Shown piece by piece: positions 1-8,381 of a DNA stretch of 33,110 nt. The DNA is from a virus (taxonomy: Duplodnaviria; Caudoviricetes): positions 1 to 33,110 of IMG/VR virus record IMGVR_UViG_3300010362_000066. One strand, 5' to 3'. The notes under the pieces were generated by a model. The model was not told where the DNA came from. It ran no database searches and was given only the letters and a program-made list of their open reading frames with translations. The position numbers and the translations under genes were made by a program. How positions within the stretch are numbered: the stretch's first letter is position 1; the number at the start of each line of letters is the position of its first letter.

Positions 1-64
1 CCACCACGCCGGCGCCGGCACGCCGGTGGACCTTGCGGCCAATTGCGTGATGATGGAGGACGAC

Positions 65-250
65 ATGACAGAGACGGTCGTAGTGTCGCTGATTCTCGAG
101 CGCGTCGACGAGGGAACGTGGACCTTGGGTTTCAGTGTGCGTGGGCGCGACGTGCCGATCATGGACGGGCGCGGCCGCACGGCCGAGGAGGCGGCCGAGG
201 ACATCGCGGCGCGACTGCGCGAGGCGGTCAGGCCGACGGCGAGACTATAG
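65..250 (+). CDS. Small hypothetical protein, possible HicB-N/UPF0150-like fold
   Basis: ATG at 65 preceded by GGAGGA; 61 aa with beta-strands followed by GRTAEEAAEDI helix, as in HicB-like domains. Confidence 0.55.
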   Translation: MTETVVVSLILERVDEGTWTLGFSVRGRDVPIMDGRGRTAEEAAEDIAARLREAVRPTARL

Positions 251-260
251 GAGGGCTGAG

Positions 261-668
261 ATGGCGCGACAGTTACTAGTGCTCGAGGAAGTGCTCGCCT
301 GGCTCAAGGCCTCCGGCGCGCCGAACCGCGTGATTGAGGCTTTCCGCAACTACGCCGAGACGGCGCTCGAGCACCGCGAGAAGTCCGAGAAGACGGTCGA
401 CGAAGTCACCGTCGCGAGCGGCTACGGTCAGAACACGCGCCAAGGCTTTGTCGAGTTCACGCTCAACGATCAACGCTCCCAGATGGACACGAAGAAGGCG
501 CGCGAGATTGGCCTGATGTTCCTTGAGGCGGCCGAGGCGGCGGAGAGCGATGAGCTTTTCGTCAAGCTCCTCGAGCGGACGGGCCTCGACACCGAAGCCG
601 CTGGGCGCATGCTCATCGAACTCCGCAACATCCGCCACGGTACCCGCGGCGTGTCATGGCCGCAATGA
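261..668 (+). CDS. Hypothetical phage protein (135 aa)
   Basis: AGGAGGG SD before ATG 261; high GC3; stop overlaps next start (ATGA at 665-668). Confidence 0.8.
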   Translation: MARQLLVLEEVLAWLKASGAPNRVIEAFRNYAETALEHREKSEKTVDEVTVASGYGQNTRQGFVEFTLNDQRSQMDTKKAREIGLMFLEAAEAAESDELFVKLLERTGLDTEAAGRMLIELRNIRHGTRGVSWPQ

Positions 669-1108
669 CCATCCGGCCGGCGACGATCGCGGACTTCGAC
701 GTCATCGTCGAGCTCGTCGAGCACTTCCTCGCCGCGAGCATCTACGCCAAGATCCTCGGCCCGGCGGACCGCGAGACGCTCGAGAAGCTGGTCGGCGCGG
801 TAATGGACACCGGCGTCATTCTGCTCGCCGAAGGGTGCGCCGGCGACGTCGAGGGCATGCTCGCGCTGGCGGTGTTCGACCATCCGGTGACCGGCATCCC
901 CTACGCCGACGAGCTCGCGTGGTGGGTCGAGCCGCACGCCCGCGGCTCGCTAGGACCCCGGTTGCTGGCCGCTGGCGAGGCCTGGGTGCGCGAACGCGGG
1001 CTGTCCGGCCTCAAGATGGTCGCGCCGGCGGACTCGAGCGTCGGGCGCCTTTACGCGCGCCGCGGCTACGTCGAGGTCGAAACCGCCTACCACAAGCGCT
1101 TCACATAA
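665..1108 (+). CDS. GNAT family N-acetyltransferase
   Basis: TIRPATIADF N-terminus, WWVEPHARGSLGPRLL motif A, RLYARRGY motif B; ATGA coupling. Confidence 0.85.
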   Translation: MTIRPATIADFDVIVELVEHFLAASIYAKILGPADRETLEKLVGAVMDTGVILLAEGCAGDVEGMLALAVFDHPVTGIPYADELAWWVEPHARGSLGPRLLAAGEAWVRERGLSGLKMVAPADSSVGRLYARRGYVEVETAYHKRFT

Positions 1109-1129
1109 CGCAACTTTCGGGCGTAGAAT
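1100..1129 (+). promoter_or_regulatory. Sigma70-like promoter for the virion operon
   Basis: TTCACA (1100-1105), 18-nt spacer, TAGAAT (1124-1129) at the only sizeable gap before the head genes. Confidence 0.55.
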
Positions 1130-1209
1130 GTCCGGCCAGACAGACTGAACAGTCCGTCCGGTCAGACGCCTGCGGCTGTCTCGGTCGACATCCCCACTCG
1201 AGGTCACAG

Positions 1210-1614
1210 ATGGCTGGGTTCTTTGGTCGAAGCGCGGCCAGTGCCGCGCGGCTGGGGCAGGCGCTGGGGCCCATTGCTGGGACGCCGGCGGGCGAGGACC
1301 TCCGACGCCGCATCGCGACACTGCCGCAGAGCGGCTTGGGCGGGCGGGTCGGGGCCGCCCTCAATCAAGCGCTCGGGCCTGCCCCGACTGGGGCGACGAT
1401 CGCTGTGCCTCCGGCCGGCACGGCACCGACGACTGGGACGGCTGGGCCAGGCGTGCCCACGCCGCCCGTCGCCAACGTCGGCGCGCAGATGAATGCCGCG
1501 CAGGCGGCCGCCGCTCGTGCGCGTCGGCGCGCGCGCGGGCCGCTGATGGGCACGGTCGGCCAAGCGGTGCCGACCGGCACGGCCGGCACCCGGACGCTCC
1601 TGGGCGGCTACTGA
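1210..1614 (+). CDS. Small Ala/Gly/Pro-rich pre-portal virion protein
   Basis: GAGGT SD, ATG 1210 (the 523 start in the ORF track is an over-extension); ends RTLLGGY, like TLLG-terminated small genes before portals of BPP-1-like phages; TGATG overlap with portal. Confidence 0.7.
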   Translation: MAGFFGRSAASAARLGQALGPIAGTPAGEDLRRRIATLPQSGLGGRVGAALNQALGPAPTGATIAVPPAGTAPTTGTAGPGVPTPPVANVGAQMNAAQAAAARARRRARGPLMGTVGQAVPTGTAGTRTLLGGY

Positions 1615-3386
1615 TGGCGAGCGAGTACGGCGCGGAGGGCCTCGCGAAGCGCTCGCGCTACGACTCGCTCCTCGCCGCGCTCAAGTCCGAGCGGAGCTCG
1701 TTCGACCCCTTGTGGCGCGACCTCGGCGATTGGATTTTCCCGCGCCGCTACCGGTTCCAGCCAAGCGACCGCAACCGCAGCGCCGGCCGCAAGCAGGACC
1801 AGAAGATTCTCGACTCGACCGCCCGCTTTTCGGTTCGCACGCTGCAGTCGGGCTTGCACGCCGGCCTCACCTCGCCGGCGCGCCCGTGGATGCGGCTGAC
1901 CACGCCGAACCAGGATCTCGCCGAGCAGCAGCCCGTGAAGGAATGGCTGCACGTTGTCACGCAGCGCATGCTGACGGTCTTTCAGCAGACGAACCTCTAC
2001 AACACGCTGCCGATCGTCTACGGCGACATGGGCGTGTTTGGCACCGCCGCGATGAGTGTCGTTGACGACACGAAGGATCTCTTCCGCTGTTACGCATACC
2101 CCGTCGGCAGCTACGTGCTCGGGCTCGATGCGCGCAACCTCGTGACGACATTCGCGCGCGAGTACCAGCTCACCGTGCGCCAAGTCGTCGAGCAGTTCGG
2201 CGTCGTCCGGCCCACCTCGCGCGACATCGACTGGTCGATGCTCAGCACCACGGTCAAGAGCCTCTGGGACCGCGGCCAGTACGAGGCCGCCGTCGACGTC
2301 ACCTGGATCATCACGCCGAACGAACAGGCGGACCCGCAGAAACTCGCCGCGAAGTACCTGCCGTTCAGCAGTTGCTACTACGAGACGGGCAGCACTGAGC
2401 AGAAGTATCTGCGCGAGTCCGGCTTCCGCACGTTTCCGATCATGGCGCCGCGCTGGGACGTCACTGGCGAAGACACCTACGGCACCGACAGTCCAGGGAT
2501 CACGGCGCTCGCCGACGTGAAGCAGTTGCAGCACGAACAGGCGATGAAGGCGAAGGCGATCAACAAGATGGTCGACCCGCCGGTGATGGCGCCGACGGTG
2601 CTGAAGACGCAGACGACCGGCCTGCACGCCGGCGAGATCACCTACGTCGATGTGCGCGAAGGCATGGCCGGCATGCGCTCGGTCTACGACCTCCGCATCA
2701 ATCTCGCCGACATGTCGGCCGACATTCAGAGCGTCCAGTACCGCATTCAGCGCGCGTTCTACGAGGACCTGTTCCTGATGCTCGCGCGCAGCGACCAGAT
2801 GCGCGGCGCGCAACCGCTGACGGCGCGCGAGGTGGAGGAGCGGCACGAAGAGAAACTGCTCGCGCTCGGGCCAGTGCTCGAGCGCACAAACGACGAACTC
2901 CTCGAGCCGCTGATCGATCGGGTCTACGCGATGATGGACGAGGCCGGCTTTATCCCTGACCCGCCGCCGCAGATCCAAGGCAAGCAACTCAAGGTCGAGT
3001 ACACGAGCATCATGGCGCAGGCGCAGAAGCTGGTGTCCGTCGTCGGCCAGGACCGGTTCTCGATGACCGTGCAGCCGCTCACGCAGTTGTATCCCGAAGC
3101 GAAATACAAACTCGACGTGTTCCAACTCGTCGACAACTACGGCGAGATGCTGGGTGTCGACCCGCGGATCATCGTGCCGAGCGACGAGGCCAAGCAGGCG
3201 ATGGCGGCCGACCAGCAGCAGGCGGCGGCGGCGCAGCAGGCGCAGCAGATGGCGCTCGGCGCGAAGGCGATGAAGGACGCCAGCCAAGCGGACCTGAGTG
3301 GAGATAACGCGCTGAACCGGATGGTCGATGCGGCGACGGCCGGCGGCGGGGTCGCACCGCCCGCAGGACAGGCGACACCCGTATGA
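1614..3386 (+). CDS. Portal (head-tail connector) protein, T7 gp8/BPP-1-like
   Basis: 590 aa; LQSGLHAGLTSPARPW, FGTA, PRWDVTGEDTYG, TAREVEERHEEKLLALGPVLER, VEYTSIMAQAQK motifs. Confidence 0.95.
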   Translation: MASEYGAEGLAKRSRYDSLLAALKSERSSFDPLWRDLGDWIFPRRYRFQPSDRNRSAGRKQDQKILDSTARFSVRTLQSGLHAGLTSPARPWMRLTTPNQDLAEQQPVKEWLHVVTQRMLTVFQQTNLYNTLPIVYGDMGVFGTAAMSVVDDTKDLFRCYAYPVGSYVLGLDARNLVTTFAREYQLTVRQVVEQFGVVRPTSRDIDWSMLSTTVKSLWDRGQYEAAVDVTWIITPNEQADPQKLAAKYLPFSSCYYETGSTEQKYLRESGFRTFPIMAPRWDVTGEDTYGTDSPGITALADVKQLQHEQAMKAKAINKMVDPPVMAPTVLKTQTTGLHAGEITYVDVREGMAGMRSVYDLRINLADMSADIQSVQYRIQRAFYEDLFLMLARSDQMRGAQPLTAREVEERHEEKLLALGPVLERTNDELLEPLIDRVYAMMDEAGFIPDPPPQIQGKQLKVEYTSIMAQAQKLVSVVGQDRFSMTVQPLTQLYPEAKYKLDVFQLVDNYGEMLGVDPRIIVPSDEAKQAMAADQQQAAAAQQAQQMALGAKAMKDASQADLSGDNALNRMVDAATAGGGVAPPAGQATPV

Positions 3387-3748
3387 GCGAGCGCGCATTC
3401 GTCGAGAACTACGCCGACGGCTCGCAGCAGCGCTACGGCAACCGCGTCGTACGCCGCCGCGAGGCCGCGAGTCTCGAGGCCTTCCGATCCGTGCTCCGCA
3501 CGGCCGAGGGCCGGCATATGTACTGGGACGTGCTCGCGCGGTGCGGCGTGTTCCGCTCCATCTGGCAACTGAGCGCGGCGATTCACTACAACGCGGGCCA
3601 ACAAGACATCGGCCATTGGCTCATGGGGAAGTTGCTCGAGGCCGACGAGCAGGCGTACGAACTCATGCACCGCGAGGCCCGAGCTCGCGAGCGCCGACAG
3701 AACGTCGACGTCGAAGCGCAACGGACCCCCAGCATCACCGAGGAGTAA
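3383..3748 (+). CDS. Bbp19-like small head-module protein
   Basis: TAEGRHMYWDVLARCGVF...YNAGQQDIG motif; located between portal and scaffold; ATGA overlap. Confidence 0.75.
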   Translation: MSERAFVENYADGSQQRYGNRVVRRREAASLEAFRSVLRTAEGRHMYWDVLARCGVFRSIWQLSAAIHYNAGQQDIGHWLMGKLLEADEQAYELMHREARARERRQNVDVEAQRTPSITEE

Positions 3749-3751
3749 GGC

Positions 3752-4384
3752 ATGGCCGAGACACCTGGCGCAAAGCCTGACAGCGGAAGCGCCCTGAAGC
3801 CGGACGCGAAGCCGGACACACCCAAACCGGACGCGACCCCGGATGCGAGCAAGACTCCGGACAGCAGCGCCCCACCCTCCGCGCCGGCGCCGGCGGCAGC
3901 CGCCGCCCCCCCGACGGCGCCTGAGCGGTACACGCTGAGCCTGCCGGAGGGCGCGCACCTCGATAGCGGCGACCTCGCCGCGTTCGAGCGGTTCGCGCGC
4001 ACCAACAACTGGACGAACCAAGACGCACAACAGGTGCTCGAGGAACACGCGGCCGCGCTCCAGGCGCAGAGCGCGCACTACCGCGCTGAGCTCGAGAAGG
4101 ACCCGATCTACGGCGGCGCGAATCTGATGGAGACAGAGCGTCTCTGTAATCTCGCGCTCGATCGGCTCCGACCGCGAGGCACGCCGGCCGGCGATGAAAT
4201 TCGCCGCGCACTGGTCAAGACCGGCTGGGGCAACTACAAGCCTGTCGTCGCCCTCTTCGCCGACATCGGGCGAATGATGGCCGAGGACAAAACGACCGGG
4301 GCGCTCGGCTTCCGCCTCACACCTGAGAAACCCAATCCCGCCGACGCGTTGTTTCCGACCACGGTCGGAGTCAGCGGGGGGTAA
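3752..4384 (+). CDS. Capsid scaffolding/assembly protein
   Basis: Pro/Ala-rich N-terminus, APERYTLSLPEG, helical middle, IGRMMAED and ADALF C-terminus; directly before capsid. Confidence 0.8.
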   Translation: MAETPGAKPDSGSALKPDAKPDTPKPDATPDASKTPDSSAPPSAPAPAAAAAPPTAPERYTLSLPEGAHLDSGDLAAFERFARTNNWTNQDAQQVLEEHAAALQAQSAHYRAELEKDPIYGGANLMETERLCNLALDRLRPRGTPAGDEIRRALVKTGWGNYKPVVALFADIGRMMAEDKTTGALGFRLTPEKPNPADALFPTTVGVSGG

Positions 4385-4402
4385 GCGCCACTGGAGTGAC
4401 GC

Positions 4403-5404
4403 ATGGCAACACTTGGAACCGGCAATCTCACGATGGCGGACTGGGCGAAGCGGCTCGGTCCGGATGGCAACGTGCCGATCATCATCGAGCTCCTCAGTCA
4501 AACCAACGAAGTCCTCGACGACATGACGTTCGTCGAAGGCAATCTCCCGACCGGGCACCGCACCACCGTTCGCACCGGCTTGCCGGCGGTCGCGTGGCGT
4601 CTGCTCAACCAGGGCATCACGCCGAGCAAGTCAACCACCGCGCAGATCGACGAGCAGTGCGGCATGCTCGAGGCGTGGAGCGAAGTGGACAAAGACCTCG
4701 CAATGCTCAACGGCAACGTGAACACATTCCGCCTCTCGGAGTCGAAAGCGTTCATCGAGTCGATGAACCAGGAATTCTGCCAGACGCTGTTCTACGGCAA
4801 CGCGGGGCTCGCGCCGGAAGAGTTCACCGGCTTGTCGGTACGCTACGCGACGACGAGCGGCTCGCCGGCGAACGCGGACAACATCATCAAGGCCGGCGGG
4901 ACCGGCGCCGACAACACCAGTATCTGGTTGATCGCGTGGGGCGACCAGACGATCACGGGCATTTTCCCGAAGGGCAGCAAGGCCGGCTTGATCCACGACG
5001 ACTTCGGCGAGGTCACCGTCGAGATGACGGCGGGCCTGCCCGGCTCGCGGATGCGTGCGTATCAGGAACGCTGGCAGTGGAAGAGCGGCATCGCGCTGAA
5101 GGACTGGCGCTACGTCGTTCGCATTTGCAACATCGATGTGAGCGACCTCGCGGGCGCCACGCCGCCGGACCTGATCGACTTCATGGAAGCGGCGACCGAG
5201 ATCATTCCGAACAACCTCGGGAAGAAAACGTTCTACATGAACCGCTACGTCGCGCGCTATCTCCGCAAGCAGGAGCGGGCGGACGTGTCGACGGGCGGCG
5301 GGCTCACCTACGAGAACGTCGAAGGCAAGCGCGTCTTGATGTTCGGCGACATTCCGGTCAAGCGCGTGGATCAACTGCTCAACAGCGAAGCGCTGGTGCC
5401 GTAA
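4403..5404 (+). CDS. Major capsid protein (BPP-1 Bbp17-like, HK97 fold)
   Basis: 333 aa; IIELLSQTNEVLDD, RTGLPAVAWRLLNQG, LFYGN...EEFTGL, DWRYVVRICNID; GGAG SD. Confidence 0.93.
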   Translation: MATLGTGNLTMADWAKRLGPDGNVPIIIELLSQTNEVLDDMTFVEGNLPTGHRTTVRTGLPAVAWRLLNQGITPSKSTTAQIDEQCGMLEAWSEVDKDLAMLNGNVNTFRLSESKAFIESMNQEFCQTLFYGNAGLAPEEFTGLSVRYATTSGSPANADNIIKAGGTGADNTSIWLIAWGDQTITGIFPKGSKAGLIHDDFGEVTVEMTAGLPGSRMRAYQERWQWKSGIALKDWRYVVRICNIDVSDLAGATPPDLIDFMEAATEIIPNNLGKKTFYMNRYVARYLRKQERADVSTGGGLTYENVEGKRVLMFGDIPVKRVDQLLNSEALVP

Positions 5405-5415
5405 AGGAGGCGCGC

Positions 5416-5853
5416 ATGTTTATCGACAATCTGTTACTGGTATCCGACGCGCAGGCCTTCACGGGCGCGGCGACTGTCTCGACCAACGTGATCGACCTGG
5501 GCAACGTCACGCCGAAGCGCGAGATCGGCACGGGCGAGGGCATGGGGTTCGGCGTGGCGTTCGACGTCGCCGCCGGCGCCGGCTCGACGCCGGTGATCGA
5601 TGTGATTCAGTCGGACGCGGCGGCAATGACGTCGCCCGATGTGATCGCCTCGGTCAGCGATGTGGCCGCGAACCTCACGGCCGGCAAGCTCCTCTTTGTC
5701 CCGATTCCGCCAGGCAAGCCAACGAAGGAGTTCCTCGCCATCCGCGTCACGATCACCGGCGGGACCACGACCGCCACGCTCACGTCGTGGCTGACGCATC
5801 GCGACCTCTTCTCGATCACGGCGAAGGCGTACGCGAAGAGCTACGTGGTGTGA
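5416..5853 (+). CDS. Capsid cement/decoration protein (Bbp16-like)
   Basis: AAGGAGG SD then ATG 5416; MFIDNLLLVSDAQA..STNVIDLG, beta-rich jelly-roll character. Confidence 0.85.
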   Translation: MFIDNLLLVSDAQAFTGAATVSTNVIDLGNVTPKREIGTGEGMGFGVAFDVAAGAGSTPVIDVIQSDAAAMTSPDVIASVSDVAANLTAGKLLFVPIPPGKPTKEFLAIRVTITGGTTTATLTSWLTHRDLFSITAKAYAKSYVV

Positions 5854-5856
5854 GTC

Positions 5857-6234
5857 ATGGCGAAAACCAAAGCCGATCCGAAACACGCGGCGCCGACCTA
5901 CAGCGAGGGCGACGACGAGTCGCTCTCGCCAGCGCCGGACGCGACCGAGGTCGAGCTCCCGCCGCAAACACGCAAAGTGCGGGCGACGGCGCCGACCTAC
6001 TACGACGACAAACGCCGGCGACTGGGCGACGTCTTCCGCATCCGTCAGCCCTACGAGATCCCAGGCCCGAAGGGCAAGCCGGTCCTGCACGACGACTTCA
6101 ATCCCAAGTGCATGGAAGACGTGGCGGCCGACACGCCGGAACATACGAGCACGGGCAGGGACGAACTCCGGCGGCAGCACGACGAGATCCTCGGCGCGCA
6201 TCGGCGGCCGGGCATGAACGTCCTCGGCGATTAG
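5857..6234 (+). CDS. Hypothetical virion-module protein (125 aa)
   Basis: High GC3; VRATAPTYYDDKRRRLGDVFRI resembles a small motif common after capsid genes. Confidence 0.75.
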   Translation: MAKTKADPKHAAPTYSEGDDESLSPAPDATEVELPPQTRKVRATAPTYYDDKRRRLGDVFRIRQPYEIPGPKGKPVLHDDFNPKCMEDVAADTPEHTSTGRDELRRQHDEILGAHRRPGMNVLGD

Positions 6235-6242
6235 GTCGACAC

Positions 6243-6359
6243 GCGCGCGGTTCAGCGGCGAGCTCGTTGCGGCGTTCACCGCCTGGGAACCTCGAGGGCA
6301 CCCTCTCTCGAGGATGGGATGAACCGGACTGCGACCCCATTGAACCGCGCGCCGTTTTT
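6243..6359 (+). terminator. Long nested RNA hairpin followed by TTTTT (terminator, processing site or switch)
   Basis: Perfect 12-bp outer stem 6243-6254/6341-6352, inner stems 6266-6272/6329-6335, 6274-6278/6320-6324 and 6290-6298/6305-6313, then CGTTTTT. Confidence 0.6.
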
Positions 6360-6376
6360 CTCGAGGAGGCTCCACG

Positions 6377-7120
6377 ATGGGACGCACGTTAGCCGTTCTC
6401 GTTCTCGCGTTCGCGAGCGCGGTGCCGCTCGAGGCGCAAATGACCGGCCCGATTCCGATCAGTCCACCGGTCGCCGGCCGGGCACAACCACCGAACCTGC
6501 CCGCGCCACAAGCGAGTGGCGGCCCCGAATGCACGCAGGCCGGCGTGTGTGCCGTCTTTCCTGCCGGCAACCTTGTCTCGTATGGGTTCGACATCTCCGG
6601 CACGTTTGTGGGCACGCTGCAATTCGAGGCGACGATCGACGGCACCAACTGGCGCCTAGTGCAACTCCTGAACGTCTCGACCGGCGGCGCGAGCGCCACG
6701 ACGACGGCGGCTGGGTCCTACACGCTCAGTAACATCGGGTTTCTGACGCTCCGCGTGCGCGCGACAACGTGGACGTCCGGTACCGCGCTCGTCTCCATGC
6801 GCCGCGGGTATGCGGCGTGGGCCCGCTCCGGCGGCACCAATCCGTCGCCGACGATCGCGCAGGTCACGATCACGCCGGACCTGATTCTCAAGGCCGCAGG
6901 TACGAACGCGAGCGCGCTCGGCATCTTCACACTCGACGGCGCGACGTTCGCGGGCGGTCTGCAGTTTGGCGTGCTCGCGACGACGCTCGCGCAACCGACG
7001 TGCTCGGTCACCACGCGCGGGCTGTTCTGGAGCTCGTTCGGCGCGCTCGGTGTGAAGGACGCGATTGCCGTGTGCGCGAAGAGCGGCACCGACGGCTACG
7101 CGTGGCGCACGATTTACTGA
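6377..7120 (+). CDS. Beta-rich putative virion protein with an N-terminal signal-peptide-like sequence
   Basis: GAGGAGG SD; MGRTLAVLVLAFASAVPLEA|Q; ISGTFVGTLQFEATIDGTNW beta-sandwich motif. Confidence 0.75.
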   Translation: MGRTLAVLVLAFASAVPLEAQMTGPIPISPPVAGRAQPPNLPAPQASGGPECTQAGVCAVFPAGNLVSYGFDISGTFVGTLQFEATIDGTNWRLVQLLNVSTGGASATTTAAGSYTLSNIGFLTLRVRATTWTSGTALVSMRRGYAAWARSGGTNPSPTIAQVTITPDLILKAAGTNASALGIFTLDGATFAGGLQFGVLATTLAQPTCSVTTRGLFWSSFGALGVKDAIAVCAKSGTDGYAWRTIY

Positions 7121-7121
7121 C

Positions 7122-8381
7122 ATGCCCTACCGTCGCCCACCCGAACGCGGCCATACGGTCTACGTGCAAGCGGGCCCAAGTGTCGGCGCGACGGGCGCGA
7201 CCGGTGCGACCGGGCCCGCAGGTCCGGTCGGCCCCACTGGGGCGACGGGTCCCACGGGCGCGACGGGTCCTGCCGGCCCGACCGGCCCGGCAGGCGCCGA
7301 TGGTGCGCTCACCAACAGCAGCGGCGCCTTGACAGCGCACGCCGTGCTGCTCGGCAACGGCACGGTGGATGTGAAACCGATCGCGGCGCTCGGCACCGCC
7401 GGCCAGGTACTGACGAGCGGCGGCGCCGGCGTCGATCCAGCGTGGGCGACTCCCGCCGCCGCCGGCGGCACGGTCACACACACGGTCGGCGCACTGACCG
7501 ATCACGCGGTCGTGGTCGGCAACGCATCGGATGATCTCCAAGTCCTGAGCTCGCTCGGCACGGCAACCACGCTGTTGCACGGCAATGCGAGTGGCGACCC
7601 GACGTGGGGCGCCGTCGATCTCGCGGCTGATGTGACGGGCTCGTTGCCGCAGAGCGCCGTCGCGAGCCTCGTTAGTGACCTCGCGCTGAAAGCGCCGCTC
7701 GCGTCAGCCGCGCTGACCGGCACGCCGAGTGCGCCCACGCAGACGACGGGCGACAACTCGACCAAGCTCGCGACGACGGCATTCGTCGCCGCCGCCGTCG
7801 GCACGGCGAGCTACGCGCTGCCGTCGCTCGGCTCGTTTGCGTGGATCAACCAAGGCACGGCGGCGATCGACACGCTGACCACGGGCTACACGATGACCGC
7901 GCCGGTGGGGGCCTCCACCAACTGGCGCCTGCAAACGCTGGCGGCCCCAGCCACGCCCTACACGCTGACGACGGTGTTGCGGATGTCAGCCCTGATGGCG
8001 AATTTTCACCAAGTGGCGATCGGCTGGCGGCAATCCTCCGACGGCAAGCTCGTCACGTTTGGGCCGCAATGCAACACCAGCACGGCCTCCTACGGCATGC
8101 ATCTCGGCGTCCACAAGTACACCGCGGCCGCAGGGTCGTTCTCAGCAAGCTATGTGTCGGCCCTGCCCACGCGCCTCTCGACGGCCCCCTTCTGGCTCCG
8201 GATCAGCGATGACGGCACGAACCGCAAGTGTTGGATCTCGGCGGACGGCACGCACTGGCAGTTAGTGCACACGGTCGGGCGCACCGATTACCTGACGGCG
8301 GATCAGATTCTCTGGGGCGTCGATGTGGAGAACGCAACGTATGAGGGCCTCGCCACGCTGTTGTCCTGGGCGGTGACGTAA
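7122..8381 (+). CDS. Collagen-repeat tail fibre/appendage protein
   Basis: ATG 7122 right after upstream stop; 14 Gly-X-Y triplets; two ~40-aa GALT.HAV..GN repeats; KAPLASAALTGTPSAPT..ATTAFV fibre motif; lectin-like C-terminus. Confidence 0.85.
   Translation: MPYRRPPERGHTVYVQAGPSVGATGATGATGPAGPVGPTGATGPTGATGPAGPTGPAGADGALTNSSGALTAHAVLLGNGTVDVKPIAALGTAGQVLTSGGAGVDPAWATPAAAGGTVTHTVGALTDHAVVVGNASDDLQVLSSLGTATTLLHGNASGDPTWGAVDLAADVTGSLPQSAVASLVSDLALKAPLASAALTGTPSAPTQTTGDNSTKLATTAFVAAAVGTASYALPSLGSFAWINQGTAAIDTLTTGYTMTAPVGASTNWRLQTLAAPATPYTLTTVLRMSALMANFHQVAIGWRQSSDGKLVTFGPQCNTSTASYGMHLGVHKYTAAAGSFSASYVSALPTRLSTAPFWLRISDDGTNRKCWISADGTHWQLVHTVGRTDYLTADQILWGVDVENATYEGLATLLSWAVT
7185..7310 (+). repeat. 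Collagen-like (Gly-X-Y)14 coding repeat
   Basis: GAT GAT GAT GPA GPV GPT GAT GPT GAT GPA GPT GPA GAD GAL. Confidence 0.95.

Noticed and set aside
523-1209. N-terminal extension of the 523-1614 ORF
   Set aside because: Overlaps two real genes and the promoter; Arg-rich shadow; true start is 1210
4396-5853. 485-aa ORF spanning the capsid gene in the -1 frame and running into the cement gene (possible T7 10A/10B-like frameshift fusion)
   Set aside because: The -1 frame is commonly stop-free at high GC3, I saw no X XXY YYZ slippery site near the capsid end, and the cement gene has its own AAGGAGG SD
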